From positions 22,390 through 86,389 of the forward strand of contig MHWB01000004.1 of the NCBI GenBank assembly GCA_001823925.1: a DNA stretch of 64,000 bases, read 5' to 3'. The position numbers were made by a program, and so were the translations under genes. This stretch comes from Candidatus Zambryskibacteria bacterium RIFCSPLOWO2_01_FULL_39_39. GTDB taxonomy: Bacteria; Patescibacteriota; Minisyncoccia; Phycocordibacterales; WO2-35-19. This document shows, piece after piece, positions 48,160-57,075 of this stretch. The first letter of the stretch is position 1; each line of letters starts with the position of its first letter. Under the pieces are notes generated by a model. The model was not told the origin of the DNA and ran no database searches. It was given only the letters and a program-made list of their open reading frames with translations.

Positions 48160-49983
48160 TTAGTTTTCGCCTTTCAAAATTTTTCGCAAAACATCTTCTG
48201 GTACTTCCTTTGTCTCATCAGCGCTTTTGATGGATGTTGGTGTTTTTTCTTTACCCACATCTTGTGCCTTTTCACTTTCTAACTTTTTTAACGCTTCTTT
48301 CAGAGAATTTACATTTTCTGGCGATGGTTCCTTGTTTTTGTTTTTATTTCCGAGTCTTAATTCATTTAGCGACATCGTCTCTTTTTTTTGTTCCGGCTTC
48401 ATCTCTTCTTTTGTATTTTCTTTGCTTTTTATCGCTTCTCCTATTGCTTTTGCTAAAATATTTGTTTTCTCCACTTTTGGTGGCTCAATTTTGATTTCTT
48501 TGATTTCCGGTTTTTTTATTTCTATGGGTTTGGTTTGTTCGTATTTTATTTCTTTTCTTTCTGGAAGTGCCTCCTTCTTAACTTCTACTTTTTCACTTCG
48601 TATTTGCAAACTCCCGCCCGCCGGGGCAACGTTTCGGACAAGTTGCTCAGGTTGACCCGCCCGCCCCGGCTTCACCGCAGACGAGTCGGGCAGGTGCCAC
48701 TCTTTTATAGCTTTTTCCACTTCTTCCTTGGGATTTGCGTAAGTTTTCCTAGACATTTCCAATGCTTCGTCTCTAAAAGAAATCTCTGGTTTCAGGATGG
48801 CGGGCAGGGTGGTAGCTGAAAATGGTTGGGAGGCAACTTGGTCTATCATCAGTTTCAAATATACTTGATACAAACCCAAGTTTACAATATCCTCCATAGT
48901 AAAGACGGGAGCAAATTCTTTCTCCAAAATTTCGGCATCAAACGAGCCAACCCTGAAAGCCACCATTGTGCCCACGTTGCCAAAAACCGCCGCCTTCACT
49001 TCTTCGGCCATTTGTTCAATATATTGATGGGTAATATTTAGGCCTAATTTATATTTTCTAGATTCAGACAAAATATCGGCAAAGCTTTTGTTAGCAAAAG
49101 ATTGAAACTCATCCACATATAAATAAAAATTTGGAAGTTTCTTGAGCTCTTTTGGATCAACATCGGCACGAGACATTGCAGCCAAATATATTTTGGTCAC
49201 AAGCATTGAACCCAAAAGGTTGGCGTTGCCCTCACCCACCAATCCTTTAGACAAATTTACTATCAAAATTTTCTTCTCATCCATTATTTTTCTAACATCA
49301 AAAGAAGATTTGGGCTGACCTATAATATTTCTAATAAGTGGATTAGAAACAAACTGGCCAACTTTGTTTTGAATGGCTGGTGTCGCTTCAGCCGCATATT
49401 TGTCTGTATATTTAGCAAATTCATCAACCCAAAAAGATCTGGTGGTTGGATCTGTAACATTATCTACTACTTTGTTTCTATAAACTTTGTCGGTCAGCAT
49501 CCTGTTTATACCAAGCATAGTAGCTCCCGGATATTCAAGCAAAGCCGCCAAGGTGTTTTGCAAAATATAAGCCATCCTAGATGACCACTGATCTTCCCAA
49601 ATTTTTTCAAAAGCGCTCATAAGTCCTGAAACCACCAAGTGTCTTCTTTCGGGACCAACGTCTTCCATTACATTAAACGAAACGGGGAACTCGGTATCAA
49701 ACGGAGCAAAATAAATAACATCTTTGACGCGGTGTTCTGGAATATAATCAAGCAAAAGATCAGCGGTCTTGCCGTGCGGATCTAAAAAAGCCATCCCTTC
49801 GCCGTTTTGGATATCTTGAATAGCCATATTTTCAAGCATGGTTGATTTGCCCATACCAGTCTTGCCAATAGAGTAAACGTGGCGAAGACGGTCTTCATCT
49901 TTAATGCCAAACTTCACTCGCTTATTACGCGCATCTGTCTCGGCAAAATATGTTATATGATTAGAATTATCCATTGATACCAT
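48160..49983 (-). CDS. P-loop ATPase of the VirD4/TraD/HerA-FtsK superfamily (DUF87-like) with Lys/Glu-rich C-terminal tail
   Basis: Walker A in IGKTGMGKST, Walker B in FYLYVDEFQSF. A ~200-aa low-complexity KE-rich tail. A GC-rich ~90-nt segment at 48610-48700 is embedded in the tail. Confidence 0.5.
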   Translation of the reverse strand: MVSMDNSNHITYFAETDARNKRVKFGIKDEDRLRHVYSIGKTGMGKSTMLENMAIQDIQNGEGMAFLDPHGKTADLLLDYIPEHRVKDVIYFAPFDTEFPVSFNVMEDVGPERRHLVVSGLMSAFEKIWEDQWSSRMAYILQNTLAALLEYPGATMLGINRMLTDKVYRNKVVDNVTDPTTRSFWVDEFAKYTDKYAAEATPAIQNKVGQFVSNPLIRNIIGQPKSSFDVRKIMDEKKILIVNLSKGLVGEGNANLLGSMLVTKIYLAAMSRADVDPKELKKLPNFYLYVDEFQSFANKSFADILSESRKYKLGLNITHQYIEQMAEEVKAAVFGNVGTMVAFRVGSFDAEILEKEFAPVFTMEDIVNLGLYQVYLKLMIDQVASQPFSATTLPAILKPEISFRDEALEMSRKTYANPKEEVEKAIKEWHLPDSSAVKPGRAGQPEQLVRNVAPAGGSLQIRSEKVEVKKEALPERKEIKYEQTKPIEIKKPEIKEIKIEPPKVEKTNILAKAIGEAIKSKENTKEEMKPEQKKETMSLNELRLGNKNKNKEPSPENVNSLKEALKKLESEKAQDVGKEKTPTSIKSADETKEVPEDVLRKILKGEN

Positions 49984-49995
49984 TATACAATATAA

Positions 49996-50094
49996 ATTAT
50001 TCTAATTATACTAATTGACCTAATTATTCTAAACAAACCCCAATTCCAAATTTCTCAATTTAGGTTAATTAGAAATTATAATAATTAGGTCAAT
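49996..50094. repeat. AT-rich CTAATT-based inverted-repeat element (member of a 3-locus family)
   Basis: Left arm ATTATTCTAATTATACTAATTGACCTAATTATTCTAAACAAACCCCA (49996-50042). Right arm TTAGGTTAATTAGAAATTATAATAATTAGGTCAAT (50060-50094) is inverted and shares ATTGACCTAATTATT. Confidence 0.5.
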
Positions 50095-51277
50095 CTTTCA
50101 GAAGTGCAGCTTCTGTGTAGGTATTCCCCGGATCCCAAAGCATCCACGATGTTAAACCAACATCATAGGTGGCTTGGATTTGTTTGCGAACCATTTCGGC
50201 CGTGTAGTGCACTGGGTAATCATTGTCTTGAAGCCAAGGACGAAGTTGTAATGGATTTATTCTTTCTAGAACTTTTGCATCAGGTGTGGACGAAGCAATT
50301 TCTTTTTCCAAAAAATTTGTCCTAGCTACTCCCGCTCCCATACTAAATTTTATTATTTCATATGGCACTTTGTTTGGGTCAGGCCAACCATTAAATTTGG
50401 GCGGGTAGTGAGACGGGTAGACCATAGGAGAGACGTAGTCAAAATTTAAAAGTGCGTATTCCAAAACCTGACCAATACCTAAATCATCGGTGTTAGTCGT
50501 CGTCATCCCAAACAAATCAGCCGAAGTGACCACCCCTGTCCCTGCAATTTTAGAATCTAAGTATTCAAAAAATTGTCGGAGTATCTCTTTTTTGGTGGTA
50601 GTGCCTGTATGAGTAAAGCTTATGTCTTTCATATCACCATCAGATGGAAAACGAATATAATCAAAATTTATTTCATCAAATCCAATCGCATAAGAAGAGG
50701 TAGCTATGGAAATTATATAATCCCAAAAAGGACGAGCGCCAACGTCTATAAAAGAAATGCCTTTCCTGTCTTTCCAGACTCCACCATCACTTTTTCTTTT
50801 TACCGCCAAATTTGGGTGAGCTTTGGCAAAAGCGGGGTCTTGGAAAACCGTTACCCGACCAATCACATAAATATTTTTATTATGTAAATTTTCTACAAAC
50901 TCCTGCATATCAGAAACTTTACACCCGGTCCCAACAATAGAATCTATCTCTTTATTTCCAGTCAAAAAAGAGACTGTCCCTGTATAATCTTTTATATCTA
51001 TTATTATGGAGTTCAACTCTGTATCGTCTATAAGCCTCACCACCTTATCTCTAAAACTTGGCGTACCCGCCACACACTGCGTCATATAAACACCTTTTAG
51101 GGGCTCTGGGGTTTTCAAATGTTTTACTTCTTTTTCCTTGGCTATATTTGTAGGATTTGTGGTGATCGCCAAAGATTCGCCATAATAAGATTCGGAAGAA
51201 AAAGTGAAAGAAGAAATAAAAAAAAGTAGAGCAGTCCCTACGATACCTACACCCAAAATTCTTCTAATATTTGTCAT
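50090..51277 (-). CDS. Secreted/anchored putative glycoside-hydrolase-like protein (DUF4015-like)
   Basis: 395 aa, N-terminal signal anchor. Central GFDEINFDYIRFP motif as in the putative glycosyl hydrolase domain family. Confidence 0.4.
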   Translation of the reverse strand: MTNIRRILGVGIVGTALLFFISSFTFSSESYYGESLAITTNPTNIAKEKEVKHLKTPEPLKGVYMTQCVAGTPSFRDKVVRLIDDTELNSIIIDIKDYTGTVSFLTGNKEIDSIVGTGCKVSDMQEFVENLHNKNIYVIGRVTVFQDPAFAKAHPNLAVKRKSDGGVWKDRKGISFIDVGARPFWDYIISIATSSYAIGFDEINFDYIRFPSDGDMKDISFTHTGTTTKKEILRQFFEYLDSKIAGTGVVTSADLFGMTTTNTDDLGIGQVLEYALLNFDYVSPMVYPSHYPPKFNGWPDPNKVPYEIIKFSMGAGVARTNFLEKEIASSTPDAKVLERINPLQLRPWLQDNDYPVHYTAEMVRKQIQATYDVGLTSWMLWDPGNTYTEAALLKD

Positions 51278-51281
51278 AATA

Positions 51282-51578
51282 TTATAACTTCTCTACCACT
51301 TCTTGCTTTAAAATTGACCCTGAACCATCTTCTTTTGCATAAATATTTGATACCTCTTCCCCCTCCCCCTTAAGGTAAGGGGGATTAAGGGGGTTATTTT
51401 TTTTAATTCTTGACTTTGGTTTCGCTTGCAATTTTTTCAAAATAGTTGGCCCCAAGGCAACTATTATCAAAAATATCCCTGACAAAAATACAAGAGTATT
51501 TTTCCAAGTCCCTGGGATGCCAAAGAGTGGTAGGAGGGCTATCCAAACCCCAAACGAAATATAAAAATTATTTTTCAT
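51282..51578 (-). CDS. Small 2-TM membrane protein, hypothetical
   Basis: 98-aa ORF. The N-terminal 55 aa are hydrophobic. A perfect 9-bp hairpin lies within its 3' half, so the gene may be shorter. Confidence 0.3.
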   Translation of the reverse strand: MKNNFYISFGVWIALLPLFGIPGTWKNTLVFLSGIFLIIVALGPTILKKLQAKPKSRIKKNNPLNPPYLKGEGEEVSNIYAKEDGSGSILKQEVVEKL

Positions 51579-51609
51579 AAAAGCATTTTAACATAAAAAT
51601 TTTTTAATC

Positions 51610-51643
51610 AAAAAGAAAACCCCCACACCTTGCGGCGTGGGGG
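51610..51643 (-). terminator. Rho-independent terminator
   Basis: CCCCCACGCC-gcaa-GGTGTGGGGG (one mismatch) followed by UUUUCUUUUU on the minus strand, 25 nt after the GC-rich gene stop. Confidence 0.55.
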
Positions 51644-51667
51644 GTCGGGCACTAGACCCAAACCAAA

Positions 51668-52771
51668 CTAACTAGCAACAGACTCGGCAACCTCGGATTC
51701 GGTGGTTACCTCGGATTCGGATCCTGCGGCTACCACTTCCTCTGCCACTCGCTGGATGTCATCCAGCAATTTTTCGGTCGGCACCGAGGACTCTTCCGAC
51801 TCCTCATGCAATGCCTCAACCTCTTCCTTGGGAACATACTTTCCCCGCGGAATCGGCTTTTGGGACTTCATTGCCGCAACCTTCCTCATCAACCAATGGT
51901 CGGAACCAATAAAACCCATTTGGTTCGGGCCCATATGATTGACCGCACTCTTGGCGTCGTAGAGAAGATCCTTGGTGACTTCTTTTCCAACCGCCAAACA
52001 GCAGTCAATAATGAAGGAAATCCGGTACGGAGAGGTTTTGTTTTCGACCCTCTCAGCTTGGATCTGCTTCACCACTGCCGACACTCCTCCTTCTCCAAAG
52101 AGAAGGTCCTGGACCAACTCTTTGGGGCAGTTCTTAATGAACATTGAGGCATTTTGCCGATCGAGGAAGAGATTTTTCTTCATCTTCTCGGTGAGGCGCT
52201 CCCAGTCGACCTTTTCAACGAGAAGCCCAGGGTACAGGACATCATACACCCCGTCACGACACTTGTCCCAATAATCGCGACCGTGGCCACCATCTTTTGG
52301 ACTCATACCCATCAGTGTCCTGAACACACCCATGGGAGTGTGGTCCTCCAGCTCCAGCTGAATCGCCGCCTTCGCCAACTTTTCGGCGAATAGGTTGCCG
52401 CCCTCGATCGTCTCCGTTTTCCGAACGACTCCCAATGTCCTCGCCGGCACCGTGTCGGCAACAGGCTTCTTGGGTGGGAGCACCGCCGACGGTGGTGGCG
52501 CCACGGGCTTGGACACCTGCTGTTGGGCGGGTGGGGCCGACACTGCCGGCACCGCTACTACGACATCGGTTTTCTGTCGCCCGTCCGGCACCGACATCGC
52601 CGTGGCGATCTCGACCCAAAACTTCTGGCTGTCTCCGAAGATCGTCCTGGTTGCTTCCGCCCTCTCGGACAGAGAAGCATTTTTGTTGTTCAGGATTTGG
52701 ATGGCCTCAGCGGCCCTCTTGAGAAAATCCTCGACCCCATTCGTGGTGAGGATGTTCGTCGTGTTCATCAT
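51668..52771 (-). CDS. Hypothetical protein in a GC-rich (~55%) island
   Basis: Long ORF with codon usage distinct from the flanks. Pro/Ala/Val-rich linker (AVPAVSAPPAQQQVSKPVAPPPSAVLPP) and an acidic C-terminal tail. I prefer the MMNTTNIL start. Confidence 0.4.
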   Translation of the reverse strand: MMNTTNILTTNGVEDFLKRAAEAIQILNNKNASLSERAEATRTIFGDSQKFWVEIATAMSVPDGRQKTDVVVAVPAVSAPPAQQQVSKPVAPPPSAVLPPKKPVADTVPARTLGVVRKTETIEGGNLFAEKLAKAAIQLELEDHTPMGVFRTLMGMSPKDGGHGRDYWDKCRDGVYDVLYPGLLVEKVDWERLTEKMKKNLFLDRQNASMFIKNCPKELVQDLLFGEGGVSAVVKQIQAERVENKTSPYRISFIIDCCLAVGKEVTKDLLYDAKSAVNHMGPNQMGFIGSDHWLMRKVAAMKSQKPIPRGKYVPKEEVEALHEESEESSVPTEKLLDDIQRVAEEVVAAGSESEVTTESEVAESVAS

Positions 52772-52957
52772 GATAGAATCCTTTCTTGATTCTGTTTCAA
52801 AGGTCCATAAACACATCTCGCATTAACATGGTGCAAATGCAGACGCAAATATTCGTATCTAATCTACCTACAGTATAGCAAATCTTGTATCAAATGTCAA
52901 GCCCGATCTACGCTACTGCGCGGATCGGGCTTTTGGTGGCTCAACAGAGCCATATTT

Positions 52958-53614
52958 TTAGCGAGAGACTTTGGCGAAGTACCTCGCCACCATGTTGGCA
53001 AACTCCCTCCGCCGCCGGCATGTCCCGACATGGGGTGGAGTCAAAACGAAATGGTTTTCCGGTCTTATACTAACTACATACTCCCGAAAATCCAAAGGTA
53101 CAAATAATGGCGCCCCTTCCTCTGACGATTTTTTATTGTCTTTCTGCCACTTAGCAAGTCCACTCTTGAACCGAAACAAGTCGGACTGAAATTGAACTTC
53201 CGAGTACACCTCCCCTTCAAATTTACTGATCCAAAAATCTCGGAGAGAGACGAGTTCTCTAAATCCAATACTGAATGCGTCAATTGTTACCAAGTAAGGA
53301 AAAAGCCTCGGGAGAAAAAATAAGCCATCAGTTTGATGCTTTGCATCTGCCTTGGTATCCACTGTCGGGAGAAAGATGAGTCCGCTCGACTCTACCCCCA
53401 GCTTGTTCAGCTCTACCTCTACATGGTAGTAGAGAGATCTCCCTTTATTACAATCCGGATGTTTATCTGGATGTTTTGTCCTTGATTCCTCAATGATAGT
53501 TAAGACGTCCGACCCAAAATCTGCCTCCTCTCCTTTATATCTTTCTTTGAGATCCTCGCCGCTCGAGCGACAATTGAAGATTTCTCTCTCAAAATCAAAA
53601 CCTCTTGTAGACAT
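52958..53614 (-). CDS. Hypothetical protein in GC-rich island
   Basis: 218-aa ORF, ~47% GC, co-oriented with and upstream of the 51668 gene. No recognisable motif. Confidence 0.4.
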   Translation of the reverse strand: MSTRGFDFEREIFNCRSSGEDLKERYKGEEADFGSDVLTIIEESRTKHPDKHPDCNKGRSLYYHVEVELNKLGVESSGLIFLPTVDTKADAKHQTDGLFFLPRLFPYLVTIDAFSIGFRELVSLRDFWISKFEGEVYSEVQFQSDLFRFKSGLAKWQKDNKKSSEEGAPLFVPLDFREYVVSIRPENHFVLTPPHVGTCRRRREFANMVARYFAKVSR

Positions 53615-53659
53615 ATCATATGGTACCTTCCTACTTTACATAGTACCAAATGTATGTTT

Positions 53660-54571
53660 TTAAGTCAAATCCCTATTTTTCCAATTATCTATAGTCACAA
53701 GCAGAGTAGAGCCAATGAAAATAGAGGAGTAGGTACCAACAGTTATACCGATGAGCAGAGCCAAAGAAAAGTTTTTGATAGCTTCGGGTCCAAAAATATA
53801 AAGCACCAAAATGGCGAGTAGAGTAGTGAGCGAAGTATTTATGGAGCGAACAAACGTCTCGTTTATACTCTCCCCCACTATAGTTTCAAAATTTTTACCT
53901 TCTCTGTGTTCTTCATTTTTATGTAAATTTTCTCTGACTCTATCAAAAACAACAATGGTGTCGTGAACAGAAAATCCAAGTATCACGAGGAGTGCCGTCA
54001 CAAAAAGAGTGTCCACTTCAAAACCATAAAAATGCCCGAGCAGAGCAAAGATGCCGGTCGGCACCAAGACATCGTGGAGCAGGGCGAGCACGGTCACGAC
54101 TCCATAAATCCAAGATGATATTGGTTTAGAAACTTTTCTAAAAGCAAAAGCAATAAAAAATACGATTGCCAGAAGTACCAAAACTATTGATATCCAGGAC
54201 TTGTAAATAGCCTCTTTGCCTAATATTGGTCCAACATTGCTAAAAGTTTTCTCCAAAGGGGAATGCGAGCCACCAAAAGAAAAGGCTTCCATCACTTGAT
54301 TTTTCTCTTCTTGGGTTACCTCTTTCATCCTAATGATAAAACCGTCCTTTCCAGCTTTACGAATCAAGACTTCGCCAAATCCTTTGTCTTTCAAACTTTC
54401 TTCTAAAGCTTTGACTTCCGGAAGTCCCCCTTCATAAGAAATAGAAAGCAAACTGCCACCAGTAAAATCAATACCCGGTTTAAGTCCCCAAAAGAAAATT
54501 GAAAATACCGATACTGCCAAGAGTATTATTGATAGAAAATAAAATATTTTTCTGTGTTTTACAATTAGCAT
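53660..54571 (-). CDS. secF: Protein-export membrane protein SecF
   Basis: 303 aa. 6-TM SecF topology with a conserved C-terminal half (DRVRENL..., VGTYSSIFI). Confidence 0.85.
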   Translation of the reverse strand: MLIVKHRKIFYFLSIILLAVSVFSIFFWGLKPGIDFTGGSLLSISYEGGLPEVKALEESLKDKGFGEVLIRKAGKDGFIIRMKEVTQEEKNQVMEAFSFGGSHSPLEKTFSNVGPILGKEAIYKSWISIVLVLLAIVFFIAFAFRKVSKPISSWIYGVVTVLALLHDVLVPTGIFALLGHFYGFEVDTLFVTALLVILGFSVHDTIVVFDRVRENLHKNEEHREGKNFETIVGESINETFVRSINTSLTTLLAILVLYIFGPEAIKNFSLALLIGITVGTYSSIFIGSTLLVTIDNWKNRDLT

Positions 54572-54577
54572 AGCTTT

Positions 54578-55915
54578 TTATTTTTCCTCTCCTCCCCTTT
54601 GGGGAGGGGTTGGGGTGGGGTTATCCTTACTCATAGCAAATAATATAGTCCTAGAAGCAGTCACTGCGCTAAACATTGAAACCAAGACACCGATAAGGAA
54701 AACCAGAGCAAAGCCCTTGATGACCGGCGTAGAAGCAAAATAATACAAAATAACAGCCGTTATTATACTAGAAAGGTTGGAGTCGCGGATAGAACTCCAT
54801 GCTCGACGGAAACCTTCTTTTAAAGCTTCATATTTGTTTTTACCTCTTTTTAATTCTTCTTTGGTTCTTTCAAAGATTAAAATATTGGCGTCCACTGCCA
54901 TACCAATAGAAAGTATGAAGCCAGCAATGCCCGCCGCGGTGAGCGTCACCGGTATAAGCTTAAACAAAACCAAATTGATAATCGTATAAATAGTTAGCGC
55001 CAAGACAGCTACAAAACCTTGAAACTTATACCAAGCGATTAAAAACAGAGCCACCACAACAAAAGCATAAAGTCCAGCTTTAACGCTCGCATCCACTGCC
55101 CTGTCTCCCAAGGTGGCTCCGATAGTTTCGGTGCTCAAAAGAGAAATCGGCATTGGCAAGGCGCCATAATTTAAATCACGAACAACTTGCTTAGCCATTT
55201 CGGGAGTGAAGTCTCCGGTGATGACGGCTTCACCGCCAGTTATTTCTTCTCTAATATACGGTGCCTCTACCAAGGTGCCATCCAAGAAAATACCCAAAAC
55301 ATCACCTGTATTTTCTCTGGTAATTTTGGCAAAAAGATCTGCCCCTTCTTCATTAAACTTCAAACCAATAATCGGCTTGTTTGCAAAATTTTGATCAAAT
55401 TGGATACTAGCTTTTTGGAGCATTCTACCTGTAAGACCAGTCTCCAAAAACATACTTGAAACACTCGCCTTATCCAATGTTTCCCCTTCCAATTTTATTT
55501 TATCCTGTCCCTCTTTAGATAAAATCTTAAATTCTAGAGTTGGAGTTTCGCCTATTCTTTTGATTGCTTCATTTACATCAGTTATCCCCGGAAGCTCCAC
55601 GATAAGCCTCTGTTCTCTCTGACCACCAAGCACCCCCCCTTCTTCTATCTGAACAATCGGCTCTGACACCCCAAAAAGGTTTACACGCCTCTCTATAGTA
55701 TCACGCAAAGACTGCATCGCTCCCGAAATATCACCACTCTGAATTTCTGAGGTATCAGCTTTATAAACCAAGTGGGTCCCCCCAGAAAGATCTAGTCCTA
55801 GTTTAAATTTGCGACTAGCGTCTGGCTTTTGGCTATTCCAAATAAAAAAACCAGCCACTATTGCGAGTGCGATCATAATTATTGCCCAAAATCGGTATTT
55901 AGCCATATTGGACAC
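54578..55915 (-). CDS. secD: Protein-export membrane protein SecD
   Basis: 445 aa. Periplasmic P1 domain plus a C-terminal 6-TM bundle (NANILIFER...). The ORF track uses the GTG at 55915; the alternative ATG is at 55906. Confidence 0.85.
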   Translation of the reverse strand: MSNMAKYRFWAIIMIALAIVAGFFIWNSQKPDASRKFKLGLDLSGGTHLVYKADTSEIQSGDISGAMQSLRDTIERRVNLFGVSEPIVQIEEGGVLGGQREQRLIVELPGITDVNEAIKRIGETPTLEFKILSKEGQDKIKLEGETLDKASVSSMFLETGLTGRMLQKASIQFDQNFANKPIIGLKFNEEGADLFAKITRENTGDVLGIFLDGTLVEAPYIREEITGGEAVITGDFTPEMAKQVVRDLNYGALPMPISLLSTETIGATLGDRAVDASVKAGLYAFVVVALFLIAWYKFQGFVAVLALTIYTIINLVLFKLIPVTLTAAGIAGFILSIGMAVDANILIFERTKEELKRGKNKYEALKEGFRRAWSSIRDSNLSSIITAVILYYFASTPVIKGFALVFLIGVLVSMFSAVTASRTILFAMSKDNPTPTPPQRGGEEK

Positions 55916-55962
55916 ATATTATATGAAAACTCGTTCAGATTCAATACCTAACCTTCCCCCAT

Positions 55963-55987
55963 CCCCTTCCTTACATTAAGGAAGGGG
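55963..55987. promoter_or_regulatory. Perfect 11-bp stem / 3-nt loop hairpin
   Basis: CCCCTTCCTTA-cat-TAAGGAAGGGG, about 48 nt upstream of the secD start (minus strand). Confidence 0.5.
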
Positions 55988-55993
55988 TGACTA

Positions 55994-56371
55994 CTATTTC
56001 TCATTTAGAGATTTAATTTTATTTTGCAATTTATCTAATACACTTTTTATATCGTTTAAAACGTCATCGTTCCAGAATCTAATAGTGTCTACATCTAAGT
56101 TTCTTAAATATTTATCTCTATCCTGGTCATAGACTTTTCGTTCTTCCTTATTGTGAATCTCTCCATCAACTTCTATTCCTAAACGAATTTTGGAGCAGTA
56201 AAAATCTAAAACGTACGGTCCGACACTGTATTGCCTTAAAAATCTTAGTCCTAAGATTTTATCGTGAGATATATATTTCCATAATAACTTCTCAGCAGAA
56301 GTTTGATTGTTGCGAAGATCCCTGCGTCTATCTCTTAAAGATTTATGGTTGTAGAGAAATTTGGAGTCCAT
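55994..56371 (-). CDS. DUF559 endonuclease-domain protein (Vsr/restriction-endonuclease-like fold)
   Basis: LRFLRQYSVGPYVLDFYCSKIRLGIEVDGEIH matches the DUF559 core. Confidence 0.6.
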   Translation of the reverse strand: MDSKFLYNHKSLRDRRRDLRNNQTSAEKLLWKYISHDKILGLRFLRQYSVGPYVLDFYCSKIRLGIEVDGEIHNKEERKVYDQDRDKYLRNLDVDTIRFWNDDVLNDIKSVLDKLQNKIKSLNEK

Positions 56372-56511
56372 ACTAATAATTATAACCTATCTCTTTTATT
56401 TCTAATCTCCTTAGCCCCCCTTACTTTAAAGGGAGGTATGCCACACTCGAGTACAAATATGATCTAGAATTTATTGATTTAATATTGTTGGTGTTTAGCC
56501 TCTATGGAAAT

Positions 56512-56985
56512 TTAATTAAAATTTTGAAGTTGTTTCGTTAACTGTTCTTTTTCTTCATCTAATTTTCTTACTTTTCTTTCCGCTTCAGTTATAATTGCAA
56601 ATTGTTCATCCCGCAATTTACCAATTCTGTTTATTTCTTCGATTAGCTTTTCTCTCTGTTCTGCTTTCTCATTCTCTTCATAACTTTTATCGGCTTCGCC
56701 ACTTTCCATGAATTTTATTTGATCATTTCTCATAGAAAGTTCAAAAGTCTTTTCTTCCAGGAGTTTTTTAGCTTTCATCTTTTCATCCTCGTTAGCAGCT
56801 TCAGCAATTTGTCTATTTAGCTCTTCGATTTCAGTATTTATTCTTTCAATTCTTTCCCTCGTTTCTTTGAGATCTGTCCTTTTTATTTCTTCAATTCTAC
56901 TTTTTGGTTTTGGTTCTCCTTCCATATTTTTTATGAGTATTAATATCCACATTATCACAAGCCGCCACTTCACTGTCAACCTCAA
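56512..56985 (-). CDS. Membrane-anchored coiled-coil protein, hypothetical
   Basis: N-terminal TM segment, then ~120 aa of heptad-rich E/K sequence. TTG start at 56985, 10 nt after an AAAGAGGAGG SD. Confidence 0.35.
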   Translation of the reverse strand: MRLTVKWRLVIMWILILIKNMEGEPKPKSRIEEIKRTDLKETRERIERINTEIEELNRQIAEAANEDEKMKAKKLLEEKTFELSMRNDQIKFMESGEADKSYEENEKAEQREKLIEEINRIGKLRDEQFAIITEAERKVRKLDEEKEQLTKQLQNFN

Positions 56986-56995
56986 ATTTTAGTCA

Positions 56996-57020
56996 CCTCC
57001 TCTTTAAGATAAAGAGGAGG
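56996..57020. promoter_or_regulatory. Perfect 11-bp stem / 3-nt loop hairpin sequestering a Shine-Dalgarno
   Basis: CCTCCTCTTTA-aga-TAAAGAGGAGG. On the minus strand its 3' arm is the SD (AAAGAGGAGG) for the coiled-coil gene's TTG at 56985. Confidence 0.5.
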
Positions 57021-57075
57021 CTGGGAGGAGATTAGAGAAAAAGGGGTTTGGGAGATTATTTTTTTGAAGAGGAGA

